Shown here piece by piece: positions 40,483 through 50,456 of a DNA stretch of 64,000 bases. Source of the DNA: Aulosira sp. ZfuVER01 (lineage in GTDB: Bacteria > Cyanobacteriota > Cyanobacteriia > Cyanobacteriales > Nostocaceae). A program made the position numbers and the translations under genes. A model generated the notes under the pieces. That model was not told the DNA's origin. It made no database searches and saw only the letters and a list, made by a program, of their open reading frames with translations. The stretch covers positions 1 to 64,000 of the forward strand of contig JAVRCV020000037.1 in assembly GCA_034530615.2 (NCBI GenBank), in the 5' to 3' direction. The first letter of the stretch is position 1. Each line of letters begins with the position of its first letter.

Positions 40483-41772
40483 ATGAGAAAAAAATTAGAA
40501 ATATTAGAATATATATTTTTTATTGTTTCCATCCTCTATTACACTGGAACGATTAACTTTTTAGGGGGAGTAACATCAGCAGACAACCCAGCACTTCAAG
40601 AATCAGGTGAGAGTTCTGCTATATTGAGCTTGATTCAGTATGGAATACTTGCTATCACTCTTTTATTAGTAGTTATTCGGCGTAATCAGATTAGTTACTT
40701 TGTAAGCAAACGAAAATTTCTCTTAGTATTCACGGGACTCATTCTTATTTCGTTCTTATGGTCTCCTGTCCCTGATTTAACTCTGCGGAGAGCACTGATA
40801 TTTCTTGGGGTATCTTTGTTTGGATTAAGCATTTCTGCTCGATACACAATCAAGGAACAGTTATATCTTTTCGCTTGGGCAATGGGGATTATTGTTGTTA
40901 TTAATCTGTTGTTTACTCTGGCATTACCCTCAATAGGAATTGAAGGTGGAGAACACGCAGGGGCATGGAGAGGCGTTTATCCGCAAAAAAATGTATCTTC
41001 GCGAATGTTTGTGCTATCTTCTTTAATTCTTTTGCTGGCAAAGATTGGCACTCATCGCTATCGGTATATTTTAGCAGTGCTTTTAGGGCTTTCTGTAGTC
41101 TTAACTCTTCTATCAGCTTCTAAAGGTGCTCTTGTAATTCTATTAGTGATGTTTGCGCTTGTGCCTTTATTTCAAGCTTTACAATTAAATAATACTTGGG
41201 TATTGCCATTATTAGTTTCTTTATTACTAATTGGGAGCAGTATTGCTATTTTATTAATTAGTAACTCAGAGACAATTGTAAAGTTTTTGGGGCGGGATCT
41301 GACTTTAACAGGTAGAACTGGAATTTGGTCAGTAGTGATTAGTAAAATTGCTTTACATCCCTGGCTAGGATATGGCTATAAAGGTTTTTGGCTGGGTATG
41401 GAAGGGGATTCCGCAGATGTTTGGTATGAAACATTTTTTATGGCACCAAATGCCCACAATGGCTGGCTAGATATTACGGTGCAATTAGGATTAGTTGGTC
41501 TTTTCTTTTTCCTATTGAGCTATATCAAGAATTGCTTGCGTGCGATCGCTTGGTTGCGCCTCAATCACACAGTTGAAGGGTTGCTACCTGTCTTATATCT
41601 AACATTTATTTTCTTGTACAACTTGGCAGAGACAACACTGCTAGACCCTGCCCAATTTATTTGGGTAATGTATACGTCGATTACAACCACTGTTTTGACT
41701 CAACCTATTGTAGTCAAAGATTTCAATTCCCCATTTAGAAACAACACATTTAAGAGGCTAAAAAATGTTTAA
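40483..41772 (+). CDS. wzy: Wzy polymerase / O-antigen ligase family
   Basis: Polytopic; WRGVYPQKN, SASKG, LTLTGRTGIW, PWLGYGY, AHNGWLD. Confidence 0.88.
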   Translation: MRKKLEILEYIFFIVSILYYTGTINFLGGVTSADNPALQESGESSAILSLIQYGILAITLLLVVIRRNQISYFVSKRKFLLVFTGLILISFLWSPVPDLTLRRALIFLGVSLFGLSISARYTIKEQLYLFAWAMGIIVVINLLFTLALPSIGIEGGEHAGAWRGVYPQKNVSSRMFVLSSLILLLAKIGTHRYRYILAVLLGLSVVLTLLSASKGALVILLVMFALVPLFQALQLNNTWVLPLLVSLLLIGSSIAILLISNSETIVKFLGRDLTLTGRTGIWSVVISKIALHPWLGYGYKGFWLGMEGDSADVWYETFFMAPNAHNGWLDITVQLGLVGLFFFLLSYIKNCLRAIAWLRLNHTVEGLLPVLYLTFIFLYNLAETTLLDPAQFIWVMYTSITTTVLTQPIVVKDFNSPFRNNTFKRLKNV

Positions 41773-42862
41773 GCGACTGGCTATTTTTGTCCCTACCCTT
41801 CATGGTGGTGGTGCTGAAAGGGCGATGCTGAATCTAGCATGTGGCTTTTCTCAACAGGGAATTCCAGTGGATCTTGTAATGTTGCGAGTTGAGGGGCCTT
41901 ATTTGTCACAGTTGCCACCGGAAGTACGGGTAGTCAATTTGGGTGGAGGGAGGCTGTGGCAATGTTTTCCCGCTCTGGTTCGCTATTTGCTACGGGAACA
42001 ACCACCAGTGATGCTTTCAACCTTGGATGATACTAATATTGCTGCACTATGGGCACGACGTTTAGCAGGAAATAAAACTCGCCTAGTAGTCAATGTCCAA
42101 AATACAATTTCACAGGATGCTAAAAATGCAACGCAATTGAAAACTCGTGTAATGCCACACTTTGTACGCAGGTTTTTCCCTTGGGCAGATGCAGTGGTTC
42201 CTGTTTCTTATGGTGTTGTTGAAGATTTGGTGCAGATTGGTGTCTCACAAAAACGCATCCAGGTAATTCCCAATCCTGTGATTTCCCCAACTGTATTTGA
42301 CAAAGCACAAGAAGCGATCGCCCATCCCTGGTTTTCAGACGATCAACCGCCTGTAATTTTGGGTGTTGGTCGCCTCAATCAACAAAAAGACTTTCCCACA
42401 TTAATCAGAGCATTTGCTCAGTTACGTCAGCAGCGTCGTGTCAGATTGGTCATTCTGGGAGAGGGTGAAGAACGCTCAACTATAGAAGCTCTAATTAAAG
42501 AATTGCAGCTAGAGAATGATGTAGATTTACCCGGTTTTGTTGATAATCCCTATGCATATATGGCTCGCTCGGCAGTATTTGTACTTTCCTCTTTGTTTGA
42601 GGGTTTACCTAGCGTCTTGATTGAGGCAATGGCAGCAGGTGCGTCAGTGGTAGCAACCAATTGTCCAAGCGGACCACTGGAGATTTTGGAAAACGGACGA
42701 TACGGCAGATTGGTGCCGATTGGTAATTTTGAAGCAATGGCAGCAGCGATCGCCGCAACCTTGGATAACCCTCTATCTCTTGATGTATTAAGACAGCGAT
42801 CGCAAGAGTTCTCATTGGAGCGATCTTTAGCTGAATATGCCAAAGTCTTACAGATTGGCTAA
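41765..42862 (+). CDS. GT4 glycosyltransferase
   Basis: GGGAER, GVGRLNQQKDF, SSLFEGLPSVLIEAMA. Confidence 0.93.
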   Translation: MFKRLAIFVPTLHGGGAERAMLNLACGFSQQGIPVDLVMLRVEGPYLSQLPPEVRVVNLGGGRLWQCFPALVRYLLREQPPVMLSTLDDTNIAALWARRLAGNKTRLVVNVQNTISQDAKNATQLKTRVMPHFVRRFFPWADAVVPVSYGVVEDLVQIGVSQKRIQVIPNPVISPTVFDKAQEAIAHPWFSDDQPPVILGVGRLNQQKDFPTLIRAFAQLRQQRRVRLVILGEGEERSTIEALIKELQLENDVDLPGFVDNPYAYMARSAVFVLSSLFEGLPSVLIEAMAAGASVVATNCPSGPLEILENGRYGRLVPIGNFEAMAAAIAATLDNPLSLDVLRQRSQEFSLERSLAEYAKVLQIG

Positions 42863-43069
42863 TTTCTGATTATAAAGCAATGGGCACTGTAATGATATGG
42901 TGTAATTCATTTTTTCCACTACTACTTGTTTTATAAACACAAGTTTAAACTTTTTAACAAGATTCAAATTCTAGAATTTATCTATTTTTGATAGGAGAAA
43001 ATTAAGTAATTCAAAAATAGAAAAATCATTTATCTAACAAGCAACCTGATTATTTTGAAACAAATCATC

Positions 43070-44341
43070 ATGCAACACTTAAATTATTCAGTGGCTTGGA
43101 AAAACCGCTTTTCATCTCTCTTACTAATAGTATTTATTGTATTAGTCACCCTATGGAGAATTAGGTATAAATTTCCGCAATTGAGGGATTTTTACGAAGC
43201 TTATTATCCAGCAGGCCGTTTAATCATCGATCGTCCAGAGCAAATTTATGAATTTATAAAATCCTCTGATGGCATCGTCCAACCTGTAATTTATGGATTT
43301 GTTAATCTCCCAATTATCGCTTATTTACTAACCCCATTTTCAGTAGTCGATCAGCAAACATCTGGAATTTTGTTTACATTATTTGGTGTGGTTGCCATTG
43401 TATATTCTGGATGGTTATTGATTGAATCTGCTAATTTAAAAGGTTGGAAAAAGAACATCTTCATTGCTCTTTTGGCTATTAATGCCCCAATTTTTAACAG
43501 TATCTGGCTGGGTAACTCTACTCACATAATATTTGTCTTGTTGATTGCTGCATTTATCTCTTTCCGTTCCAAGCAAGATTTATGGAGTGGATTCTTTTTA
43601 GCGATTGCCGGGTTAATCAAAATTCCGCTGTTATTTCTGATTTTATATTTCTGCTTAAAACGACGCTGGCAAGTAGTAGCTGGTTTTGTGGGAACGATAA
43701 TTGCAGTTGTCAGCCTATCAATTCTAGTTTGCGGACTTGATTTGAACGTGACTTGGTTCCAGAAGTGTATTCTTTCATTTACAGGACAGGCTGTTGCTGG
43801 TGATACGGTTCAGTCGGTTGATGCTTTCCTTATTCGACTGCTGACCAATGCCCCTATTGACAGCTACGATTATGTAGACGGTGGCTTACTATTTAAGTTG
43901 CTAAGATATGGGATATTCTCCTTGTTGATGGGTGGTACTCTACTAGCCTGCTGGCGCTCTCGTCACATTACCTCAACACAAGTAGAAAATCTAGAGTTTT
44001 CCAGCTTTCTCTGTCTAACCTTACTGATTAGTCCCATATCCTGGACTCACTATTACTTATTCTTGCTGCTGCCAATAGCACTTTACTTAGGCGGGCAGTT
44101 AAGTATTCCCTCTGGCTGGCGCTGGTCGGCATTGATGACCTTGAGCATTTTGCTTGTCATCGCACCCAATGTCAGAAATATTCCCACAGCTCATCCAGTC
44201 ATAGTTGCGTTAACTCGTCACATTCTTGTGTCTCATTACTTCTGGGGTGGTGTCTTACTCTTAGGAGTTCTACTCACAAGCTTATTCAGATATAGAGAGA
44301 TCGCTAAGACTCGTGAGCCTAGCTTACTACCCGATGTTTGA
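43070..44341 (+). CDS. GT87/DUF2029 GT-C fold glycosyltransferase (copy 1)
   Basis: DF..AYY after TM1, GFVNLP, WLGN, A.LIKIP, LISPISWTHYY. Confidence 0.85.
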   Translation: MQHLNYSVAWKNRFSSLLLIVFIVLVTLWRIRYKFPQLRDFYEAYYPAGRLIIDRPEQIYEFIKSSDGIVQPVIYGFVNLPIIAYLLTPFSVVDQQTSGILFTLFGVVAIVYSGWLLIESANLKGWKKNIFIALLAINAPIFNSIWLGNSTHIIFVLLIAAFISFRSKQDLWSGFFLAIAGLIKIPLLFLILYFCLKRRWQVVAGFVGTIIAVVSLSILVCGLDLNVTWFQKCILSFTGQAVAGDTVQSVDAFLIRLLTNAPIDSYDYVDGGLLFKLLRYGIFSLLMGGTLLACWRSRHITSTQVENLEFSSFLCLTLLISPISWTHYYLFLLLPIALYLGGQLSIPSGWRWSALMTLSILLVIAPNVRNIPTAHPVIVALTRHILVSHYFWGGVLLLGVLLTSLFRYREIAKTREPSLLPDV

Positions 44342-44488
44342 TACTCAATCTTCCTACTTCTCTAGACATTCAATGCATAGTGCCTGGATAAGTCATGAGA
44401 CAACTACAGAGGGTTGAGGAAGAGTTACTGCGTTGTAGTTTATCTAAGCCATTGCGATCGCCTTTAGACTCAATCGTAAGGAGATAAT

Positions 44489-45793
44489 GTGAATAAAAAT
44501 GCCGTGAGCTTGTTAGTTGCCAATCTTGCTAATTTAACCCAGCTAGGTAAAGGTTTCTCAAAGATTGCTAGTGTTTGGCCAACAAGATTTATCACTCTAT
44601 TAACTATCTTGTTTATTGCCGTAGTAGCCTATTGGAGAATTCAACACCAATTCCCAGAATTATTAGATTTTTACAATGCTTATTATCCGGCAGGGCGCTT
44701 AATTCTGGAACACCCAGAGCAGCTTTATGGGTCTGCGAAGCTATCAATTTATGGCTTTGTCAATCTTCCCATCCTTGCCTACTTGTTTACACCATTCTCT
44801 CTACTTGATGAGTACCAATCCAGCATATTGTTCACACTATTGGGTGTATTTTCTATCTTTGCTATTGGATTAGTTTTGATTAAATTGGCTGATCTACAAA
44901 GATGGAAAAAATTGTGCTTTATTGCGCTATTAATCATCAGTTCTCCTCTGTACAATAGTATTTGGTACGGTAACTCTACCCATTTTGTATTCCTCCTGGT
45001 GCTGGGTTCATTCTTGAGCTTTCACCGACAGAAAGATATTTGGAGTGGTGCTTTATTAGCAATCGCTGGGTTAATTAAAATTCCGCTGTTGTTTCCAATA
45101 ATTTACTTCTTACTAAAAAGGCGTTGGCAAATAGTCATTAGCTTTTTCGCAACATTATTTGCCATAGTTGGATTGTCAATCCTAGTGTGTGGATTGAGTT
45201 TAAATCTAGTCTGGTTCAAAGAGTGTATTCTGGCGTTTTCTGGTCAAGTATTTGCTGCTTATAATGTCCAATCTGTTGATGCCTTTTTAATTCGGCTGCT
45301 GACTGATACACCCATTGATGCGGCACAATATGTAGAAGGCAATTGGCTATTTAAGCTACTAAGATATGGGATATTCTCCTTGCTGATTGGTGGTACTCTA
45401 CTAGCCTGCTGGCGCTCTCGTCACATTACCTCAACACAAGTAGAAAATCTAGAGTTTTCCAGCTTTCTCTGTCTAACCTTACTGATTAGTCCCATATCCT
45501 GGACTCACTATTACTTATTCTTGCTGCTGCCAATAGCACTTTACTTAGGCGGGCAGTTAAGTATTCCCTCTGGCTGGCGCTGGTCGGCATTGATGACCTT
45601 GAGCATTTTGCTTGTCATCGCACCCAATGTCAGAAATATTCCCACGGCTCATCCAGTCATAGTTGCGTTAACTCGTCACATTCTCGTGTCTCATTACTTC
45701 TGGGGTGGTGTCTTACTCTTAGGAGTTTTGCTCACAAGCTTGCTCGGGCAAACAAGGATGAAGCAATCTGCGGTATCCGACATCTCTAAATAA
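44489..45793 (+). CDS. GT87/DUF2029 GT-C fold glycosyltransferase (copy 2)
   Basis: Same motifs as copy 1; the C-terminal ~127 aa are almost identical. Confidence 0.85.
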   Translation: MNKNAVSLLVANLANLTQLGKGFSKIASVWPTRFITLLTILFIAVVAYWRIQHQFPELLDFYNAYYPAGRLILEHPEQLYGSAKLSIYGFVNLPILAYLFTPFSLLDEYQSSILFTLLGVFSIFAIGLVLIKLADLQRWKKLCFIALLIISSPLYNSIWYGNSTHFVFLLVLGSFLSFHRQKDIWSGALLAIAGLIKIPLLFPIIYFLLKRRWQIVISFFATLFAIVGLSILVCGLSLNLVWFKECILAFSGQVFAAYNVQSVDAFLIRLLTDTPIDAAQYVEGNWLFKLLRYGIFSLLIGGTLLACWRSRHITSTQVENLEFSSFLCLTLLISPISWTHYYLFLLLPIALYLGGQLSIPSGWRWSALMTLSILLVIAPNVRNIPTAHPVIVALTRHILVSHYFWGGVLLLGVLLTSLLGQTRMKQSAVSDISK

Positions 45794-45889
45794 GACAGGG
45801 ATATTGACACACTCCATTTTCCAGCTTGGTTCAATTGTGTCATCAATGATGCGATCGCTCAATTCTACTACCATAATTAATCTTCAATT

Positions 45890-46888
45890 ATGAGATTCTT
45901 CAAAATTGATAAAGCCTTAACACGCAATAATTTTTCTCTTGAACAAACGGTAGAAACACCGCTTTCCTGGAGAACTTACCTACAATTGCTCCGTCCTAGA
46001 CAGTGGACAAAGAACCTGATTGTTTTTGCTGCTCCTCTATTTGCATTTAGTATTAATCTGCAAACTTTGTTAGGGGCACTATTAGCATTTGTGTTATTTT
46101 GCTGTACCTCTAGCAGCTTCTACATTATTAATGACGCGATCGATGCAGAGGCTGATAGACAGCATCCTGTGAAGTGTAAGCGTCCTATTGCTTCTGGTTT
46201 GATTCAGGTTCCAGTGGCGATGGCGATCGCCACTGTTTTGCTAGTTAGCGCACTATTCATAGGTTGGCAGAGAAATCTTGGTTTAGGAGTGGCACTAACT
46301 AGCTATGCAGCACTACAAGTTGCTTATAATCTGCGGTTGAAGCATACCGTGATTTTAGATGTTGTGGCGATCGCCATCGGCTTTGTTCTAAGAGCTTATG
46401 GTGGAGCCGCTGCTACGCATATTTTGTTATCACCCTGGTTTCTGATCTGTACCGCTATGTTGGCCCTGTTTTTAGGTATCGAGAAGCGGAAAGCAGAACT
46501 GCGTTTGGTTGAACTGAAGGGTGGAAAGCGGCGTCGTGTCCTGTGGCGGTATTCTCTGCCACTACTAAGCCGTATGGAGAGTACAGTAACTACAGGCACT
46601 TTAATGACCTATGCCTTATGGAGTTCTGGCCCTCAAGTTCAAGGGGCTTCAACGCCTTGGATGATGTTGACTCTACCCTTTGTGCTGTACGGGATGTTTC
46701 GTTACCAATTTCTCAGTGATCCACAAGAAATTGCTCGGCGGACAGATTTACAGGAAGAAGGTGGCGGGCGAACTGAGCGCCCTGAGGAAGTTTTATTAAC
46801 AGACCGTCCCTTATTGATGACCGTTCTAGCTTGGGTAGGAACGACAGTTATTGTGCTTTTCCTAAAAAGCAAAGGAATTATTCATTAA
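45890..46888 (+). CDS. UbiA-family decaprenyl-phosphate phosphoribosyltransferase (DPPR synthase-like)
   Basis: LRPRQWTKN, YIINDAIDAEADRQHPVKCKRPIASG, GFVLRA, KRKAEL, YGMFRY. Confidence 0.92.
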   Translation: MRFFKIDKALTRNNFSLEQTVETPLSWRTYLQLLRPRQWTKNLIVFAAPLFAFSINLQTLLGALLAFVLFCCTSSSFYIINDAIDAEADRQHPVKCKRPIASGLIQVPVAMAIATVLLVSALFIGWQRNLGLGVALTSYAALQVAYNLRLKHTVILDVVAIAIGFVLRAYGGAAATHILLSPWFLICTAMLALFLGIEKRKAELRLVELKGGKRRRVLWRYSLPLLSRMESTVTTGTLMTYALWSSGPQVQGASTPWMMLTLPFVLYGMFRYQFLSDPQEIARRTDLQEEGGGRTERPEEVLLTDRPLLMTVLAWVGTTVIVLFLKSKGIIH

Positions 46889-46952
46889 GTTATTCGTATC
46901 AGCAAGCCCTTGAAGCTTGTGGTTGACTGTTGTGAAGCCAGCATCTGTGTCT

Positions 46953-47540
46953 ATGATTAGAAAGCGCTTTTTTCTCATACCTCTTGTTCAGTTTTTGAAG
47001 CGTTTATTTGTGCTACGCTCTAGTTCTATTTCGTACTGTTTCCCAAAGCGATCGCACAATCTCGCTAACGTCGACTTAGCACTGTTAATCCACAGTGGAA
47101 TTCACGGGGTGATTCTTGATTTGGATAATACTATTGTTTCAGAAGACGATCGCTATCTTTCACCAGGAGCCGAGGAGTGGATTCAGCAGGCGAAGGAAAG
47201 GGGATTGAAGTTTTTTATCCTTTCTAATGGAAAACGTCGTTACCGTGTAGAGTTCTGGTCTCATCGCTTAGGAATTCCGACTATTAGTCCAGCCAGAAAA
47301 CCTTTTCCGCCTTCATTCAAAATAGCACTTACTAAAATGCAGCTCTCTCCTACTCAGGTTGTAGTCATTGGGGATAGCCGTCACACTGATATGCTGGGAG
47401 CTTGGTTGGTAGGTTGCCCAAGTATTCAAGTCGCAACCCTGCCGCATCCTTTTCGTTGGTGGGAGAAGTTGCTAGGTAAGCGAGTTCAAATTCCCTACCC
47501 CAATCACTTAGAGCTATGGGATTGCGATCCTTATTGCTGA
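46953..47540 (+). CDS. YqeG-type HAD IIIA phosphatase
   Basis: ILDLDNT, ILSN, ARKP, VVIGDSRHTDMLGA. Confidence 0.9.
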   Translation: MIRKRFFLIPLVQFLKRLFVLRSSSISYCFPKRSHNLANVDLALLIHSGIHGVILDLDNTIVSEDDRYLSPGAEEWIQQAKERGLKFFILSNGKRRYRVEFWSHRLGIPTISPARKPFPPSFKIALTKMQLSPTQVVVIGDSRHTDMLGAWLVGCPSIQVATLPHPFRWWEKLLGKRVQIPYPNHLELWDCDPYC

Positions 47541-47615
47541 GAAGTCATTTAGTTATTGCTTGTCCTGCAATAACTGATGTATTACTTTAATTGCTCCACT
47601 TAACTGGCTACAACA

Positions 47616-47960
47616 ATGCTTTCTCAATTTGCATTCATCATTTTAATTTTGGTCACAGTAGGACTCAATACAATAGCACAAATCTTACTGAAGCTTGGCT
47701 CTGGACAAAATCCACTCAACTTATTTATTGTATGTGGTTTATTAGCTTATGGTTTTAGTACCATTTTTTATCTCTTGGTTTTAGGCAAGTTCAATCTTTC
47801 TGTGGCGTATCCAATAGTAATTGGTTTGACAATTATTGCAACCACATTCGCTGGAGCAATTTTCTTAAGAGAAAAGGTAGCTATGAGTCATTGGCTGGGA
47901 ATTGGTTTAATGCTAAGTGGAATTTCAGCTATTGCTTTGACTAAAGTATATACAAGGTAA
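47616..47960 (+). CDS. SMR/EamA-like 4-TM protein (ArnE/ArnF-like)
   Basis: 114 aa, AQILLK.G, LSVAYP, FLREKV...WLGIGLMLSGI. Confidence 0.85.
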   Translation: MLSQFAFIILILVTVGLNTIAQILLKLGSGQNPLNLFIVCGLLAYGFSTIFYLLVLGKFNLSVAYPIVIGLTIIATTFAGAIFLREKVAMSHWLGIGLMLSGISAIALTKVYTR

Positions 47961-48390
47961 TAGTCTTACTATTATGTAGTCAAAATATTACTATACAAAA
48001 AGCTTTTTTGCTTCTGAGAATGTGAAATTTTTTATGCTGTTTTATCAAACTATGGCAGACTTGCATCTAATTAAAAGTACCGTAATCAGTAAGTAGTATT
48101 GGCTCGAACTACTTATCTGTTCTTTTCGCAATAAGTAGAGATTTTATCAACAGAGTTGCCAAATATATCAACTATATCACAGCTAGAGAGCTAGCTGTGA
48201 TATATGGCTGCTCGCTCAAATGCAAAATCTGTGGTGAATTTCGTGATTGCATAGAGTGCAGTATCCAGAAGGCATTCTTCACGTGATTCACAATAAATTT
48301 ATGAAAAATTGAAATTAATTTTGTATATGTGTATTGCTTATTTTTATATAAAAATAGTAGTTATTAGTTATTAGATTTTTAGCAAGTTAG

Positions 48391-49578
48391 ATGTCACATT
48401 TTGGTATGAACGCTGGTTCTTTAAGATTACTAATTTTTTCTATTGACACAAACTTTTTAGGTCTTGCTCGTTTGCCTAAAGCTTTAAATAAAGCTGGATT
48501 TGAAGTCGCTGCACTATGCCCAGTTAATGCTTTTCTGTCTAAGACTCGTTATTTAAACCAGCATTTTCCTTTAGCTACAACCAAGAATGCATCTAAACTT
48601 ATAAAACAATTAGTGACAACTGTACAAACTTGGCAACCTGATATGCTCATTTATGGCGATGAAACTACAGTTGCTTTCGTTCATTTTATAATTCATAAAC
48701 TTCAGAATTTTCTATCGGTAATTCCGAACCCAGTTCTCAAGCTGCTTAAATCCTCATTGGGGAATCCCCAGTTTTTTGCAGCAACTCTTCGTAAACACCG
48801 CACTCTTGAATTAGCGATTGAACTAGGCTTAAGAACACCTACGATCGCGCGGGTTGCTATGCCCGAACAAGCATTACAATTTGTAGAAGCAAATGGTTAT
48901 CCCGTAGTTTTGAAAAAAGACTTTTGCTGGAGTGGTGTTGGAGTAAAAATTTGCCGTAATGAATCTGAATTATTATCGGCAATCAATGATTTTCTGCCAC
49001 ACCCACCATCTTTGCCAAAATCTTTTGCAAAGCAACTTTTGCAGCAAGACTGGTTTCCTAAGACTGAGGTACTTAGCATACAGCAGTTTATCCAAGGAAA
49101 GACAGCCATGCATCCGATTGTTGCCTTAGATGGAGAAGTCCTGGCCGGTTTTGTAGCCATCAAGGAACTAACTTGTTCAGAAACAGGGCCTAGTAGCGTG
49201 ATTAAACTGACTAATCATGCAGAGATGCGTGCCACAGTCCTAAAGTTAGTCAAGCATTTTCAATTTTCGGGGTTTGCGAGTTTCGATTTTCTCATAGATG
49301 AAAACACAAACTATGCTTATTTAGTAGAGTGTAATCCAAGACCTGTTCCCATTTGCCACCTAGGAGCAAGGGTTGGTGTTGATTTATGTCAATCTCTATT
49401 TAATACATTATCTGGCCACTCTCTAGAACCTCAATTGACAGTAGAACGAGAAGACCTTGTCGCCTTATTTCCTCAAGAGTGGCGGCGTGATTCCAATAGT
49501 TCTTACCTCCATCAGGTCTATCATGATGTTCCCTGGGATGATGTGTTACTTCTGAAAGCTTATTTGACACAAATGTAA
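48391..49578 (+). CDS. ATP-grasp fold ligase
   Basis: GYPVVLKKD..WSGVGV, IQQFIQG, FSGFASFDF, YLVECNPR. Confidence 0.87.
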   Translation: MSHFGMNAGSLRLLIFSIDTNFLGLARLPKALNKAGFEVAALCPVNAFLSKTRYLNQHFPLATTKNASKLIKQLVTTVQTWQPDMLIYGDETTVAFVHFIIHKLQNFLSVIPNPVLKLLKSSLGNPQFFAATLRKHRTLELAIELGLRTPTIARVAMPEQALQFVEANGYPVVLKKDFCWSGVGVKICRNESELLSAINDFLPHPPSLPKSFAKQLLQQDWFPKTEVLSIQQFIQGKTAMHPIVALDGEVLAGFVAIKELTCSETGPSSVIKLTNHAEMRATVLKLVKHFQFSGFASFDFLIDENTNYAYLVECNPRPVPICHLGARVGVDLCQSLFNTLSGHSLEPQLTVEREDLVALFPQEWRRDSNSSYLHQVYHDVPWDDVLLLKAYLTQM

Positions 49579-49645
49579 CCTTGAGTGTATAGATAGTTGT
49601 GATTAATACGGAGTGTTTCTGAAGAATTTCGCAACATCACCCTAT

Positions 49646-50431
49646 ATGCAAATCAAAAAATCGAACTTTTTACTCTGCCTCTCTGCCATAGTACTTGGCT
49701 GCTGTTTGACCTACAGAGTAAATTCCCAGAGTTCAAAACCAATCAATTCAATTGCAACTATCATTTACGATATGCAACCACCCCACGAGGGGATGGCACA
49801 TGGTGTTCCCAAGTCATACGATTGGGCAACTAAACCTCGTGTAGGAAGCAACAACCCGAAAAAATTCACAGCGATGATCGCCTGGGGGCAACTATATGAA
49901 GCAGCTCAAGGTAATCCTGCAACTAATACCCGCGTTCAGATAAAAAATATCAAGGCTTACTACCTCAGTAAGTCGGATGGGAAATGGCATCTCCTCCAAA
50001 GTTCAACAAGAGTTGGAGGAGCTGCTTATAAAGAAGATTTTGTAGGCGATCTGAATAAGCCCGCAGATATTCGTTATGAATCAGATGGTAGTGTTTCAGT
50101 CAAAGCTGGTAATGGCTATAACTTCCATTTTTGGCCGGCTACTGGTAAAACTACAATTAATCCCCATGATGTGCGTGGTATGTTTACCACAGTTCAAGCT
50201 AGGCTTGTAGTTGACAATCCTCGAAAACGTGAGGATCGCTCTCAGGCTCGCTACTTACTTAATGTGGGTGGCGATTACTGGTTAAACTTAACTGCGAAGT
50301 GGAACAACTTGACTACAAACGAAGATTTCGGCATGGGTAAATTTAAGTACGTTACAACCAAATGGCAAGCTTTCAATATGATTACTCTGCCACCAGATCA
50401 AGTTCTTCGTAACCCCCCACCAATTGAGTAA
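49646..50431 (+). CDS. putative exported protein of unknown function
   Basis: Signal-peptide-like MQIKKSNFLLCLSAIVLGCC, followed by a Trp/Gly-rich beta-type body. Confidence 0.75.
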   Translation: MQIKKSNFLLCLSAIVLGCCLTYRVNSQSSKPINSIATIIYDMQPPHEGMAHGVPKSYDWATKPRVGSNNPKKFTAMIAWGQLYEAAQGNPATNTRVQIKNIKAYYLSKSDGKWHLLQSSTRVGGAAYKEDFVGDLNKPADIRYESDGSVSVKAGNGYNFHFWPATGKTTINPHDVRGMFTTVQARLVVDNPRKREDRSQARYLLNVGGDYWLNLTAKWNNLTTNEDFGMGKFKYVTTKWQAFNMITLPPDQVLRNPPPIE

Positions 50432-50456
50432 AAGCAAGTGAGGAACTAGAGATAGC

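Noticed and set aside
48391..49578. Mycosporine MysC ATP-grasp
   Set aside because: No DDG synthase or O-methyltransferase neighbours, and the N-terminus does not resemble MysC as I recall it.
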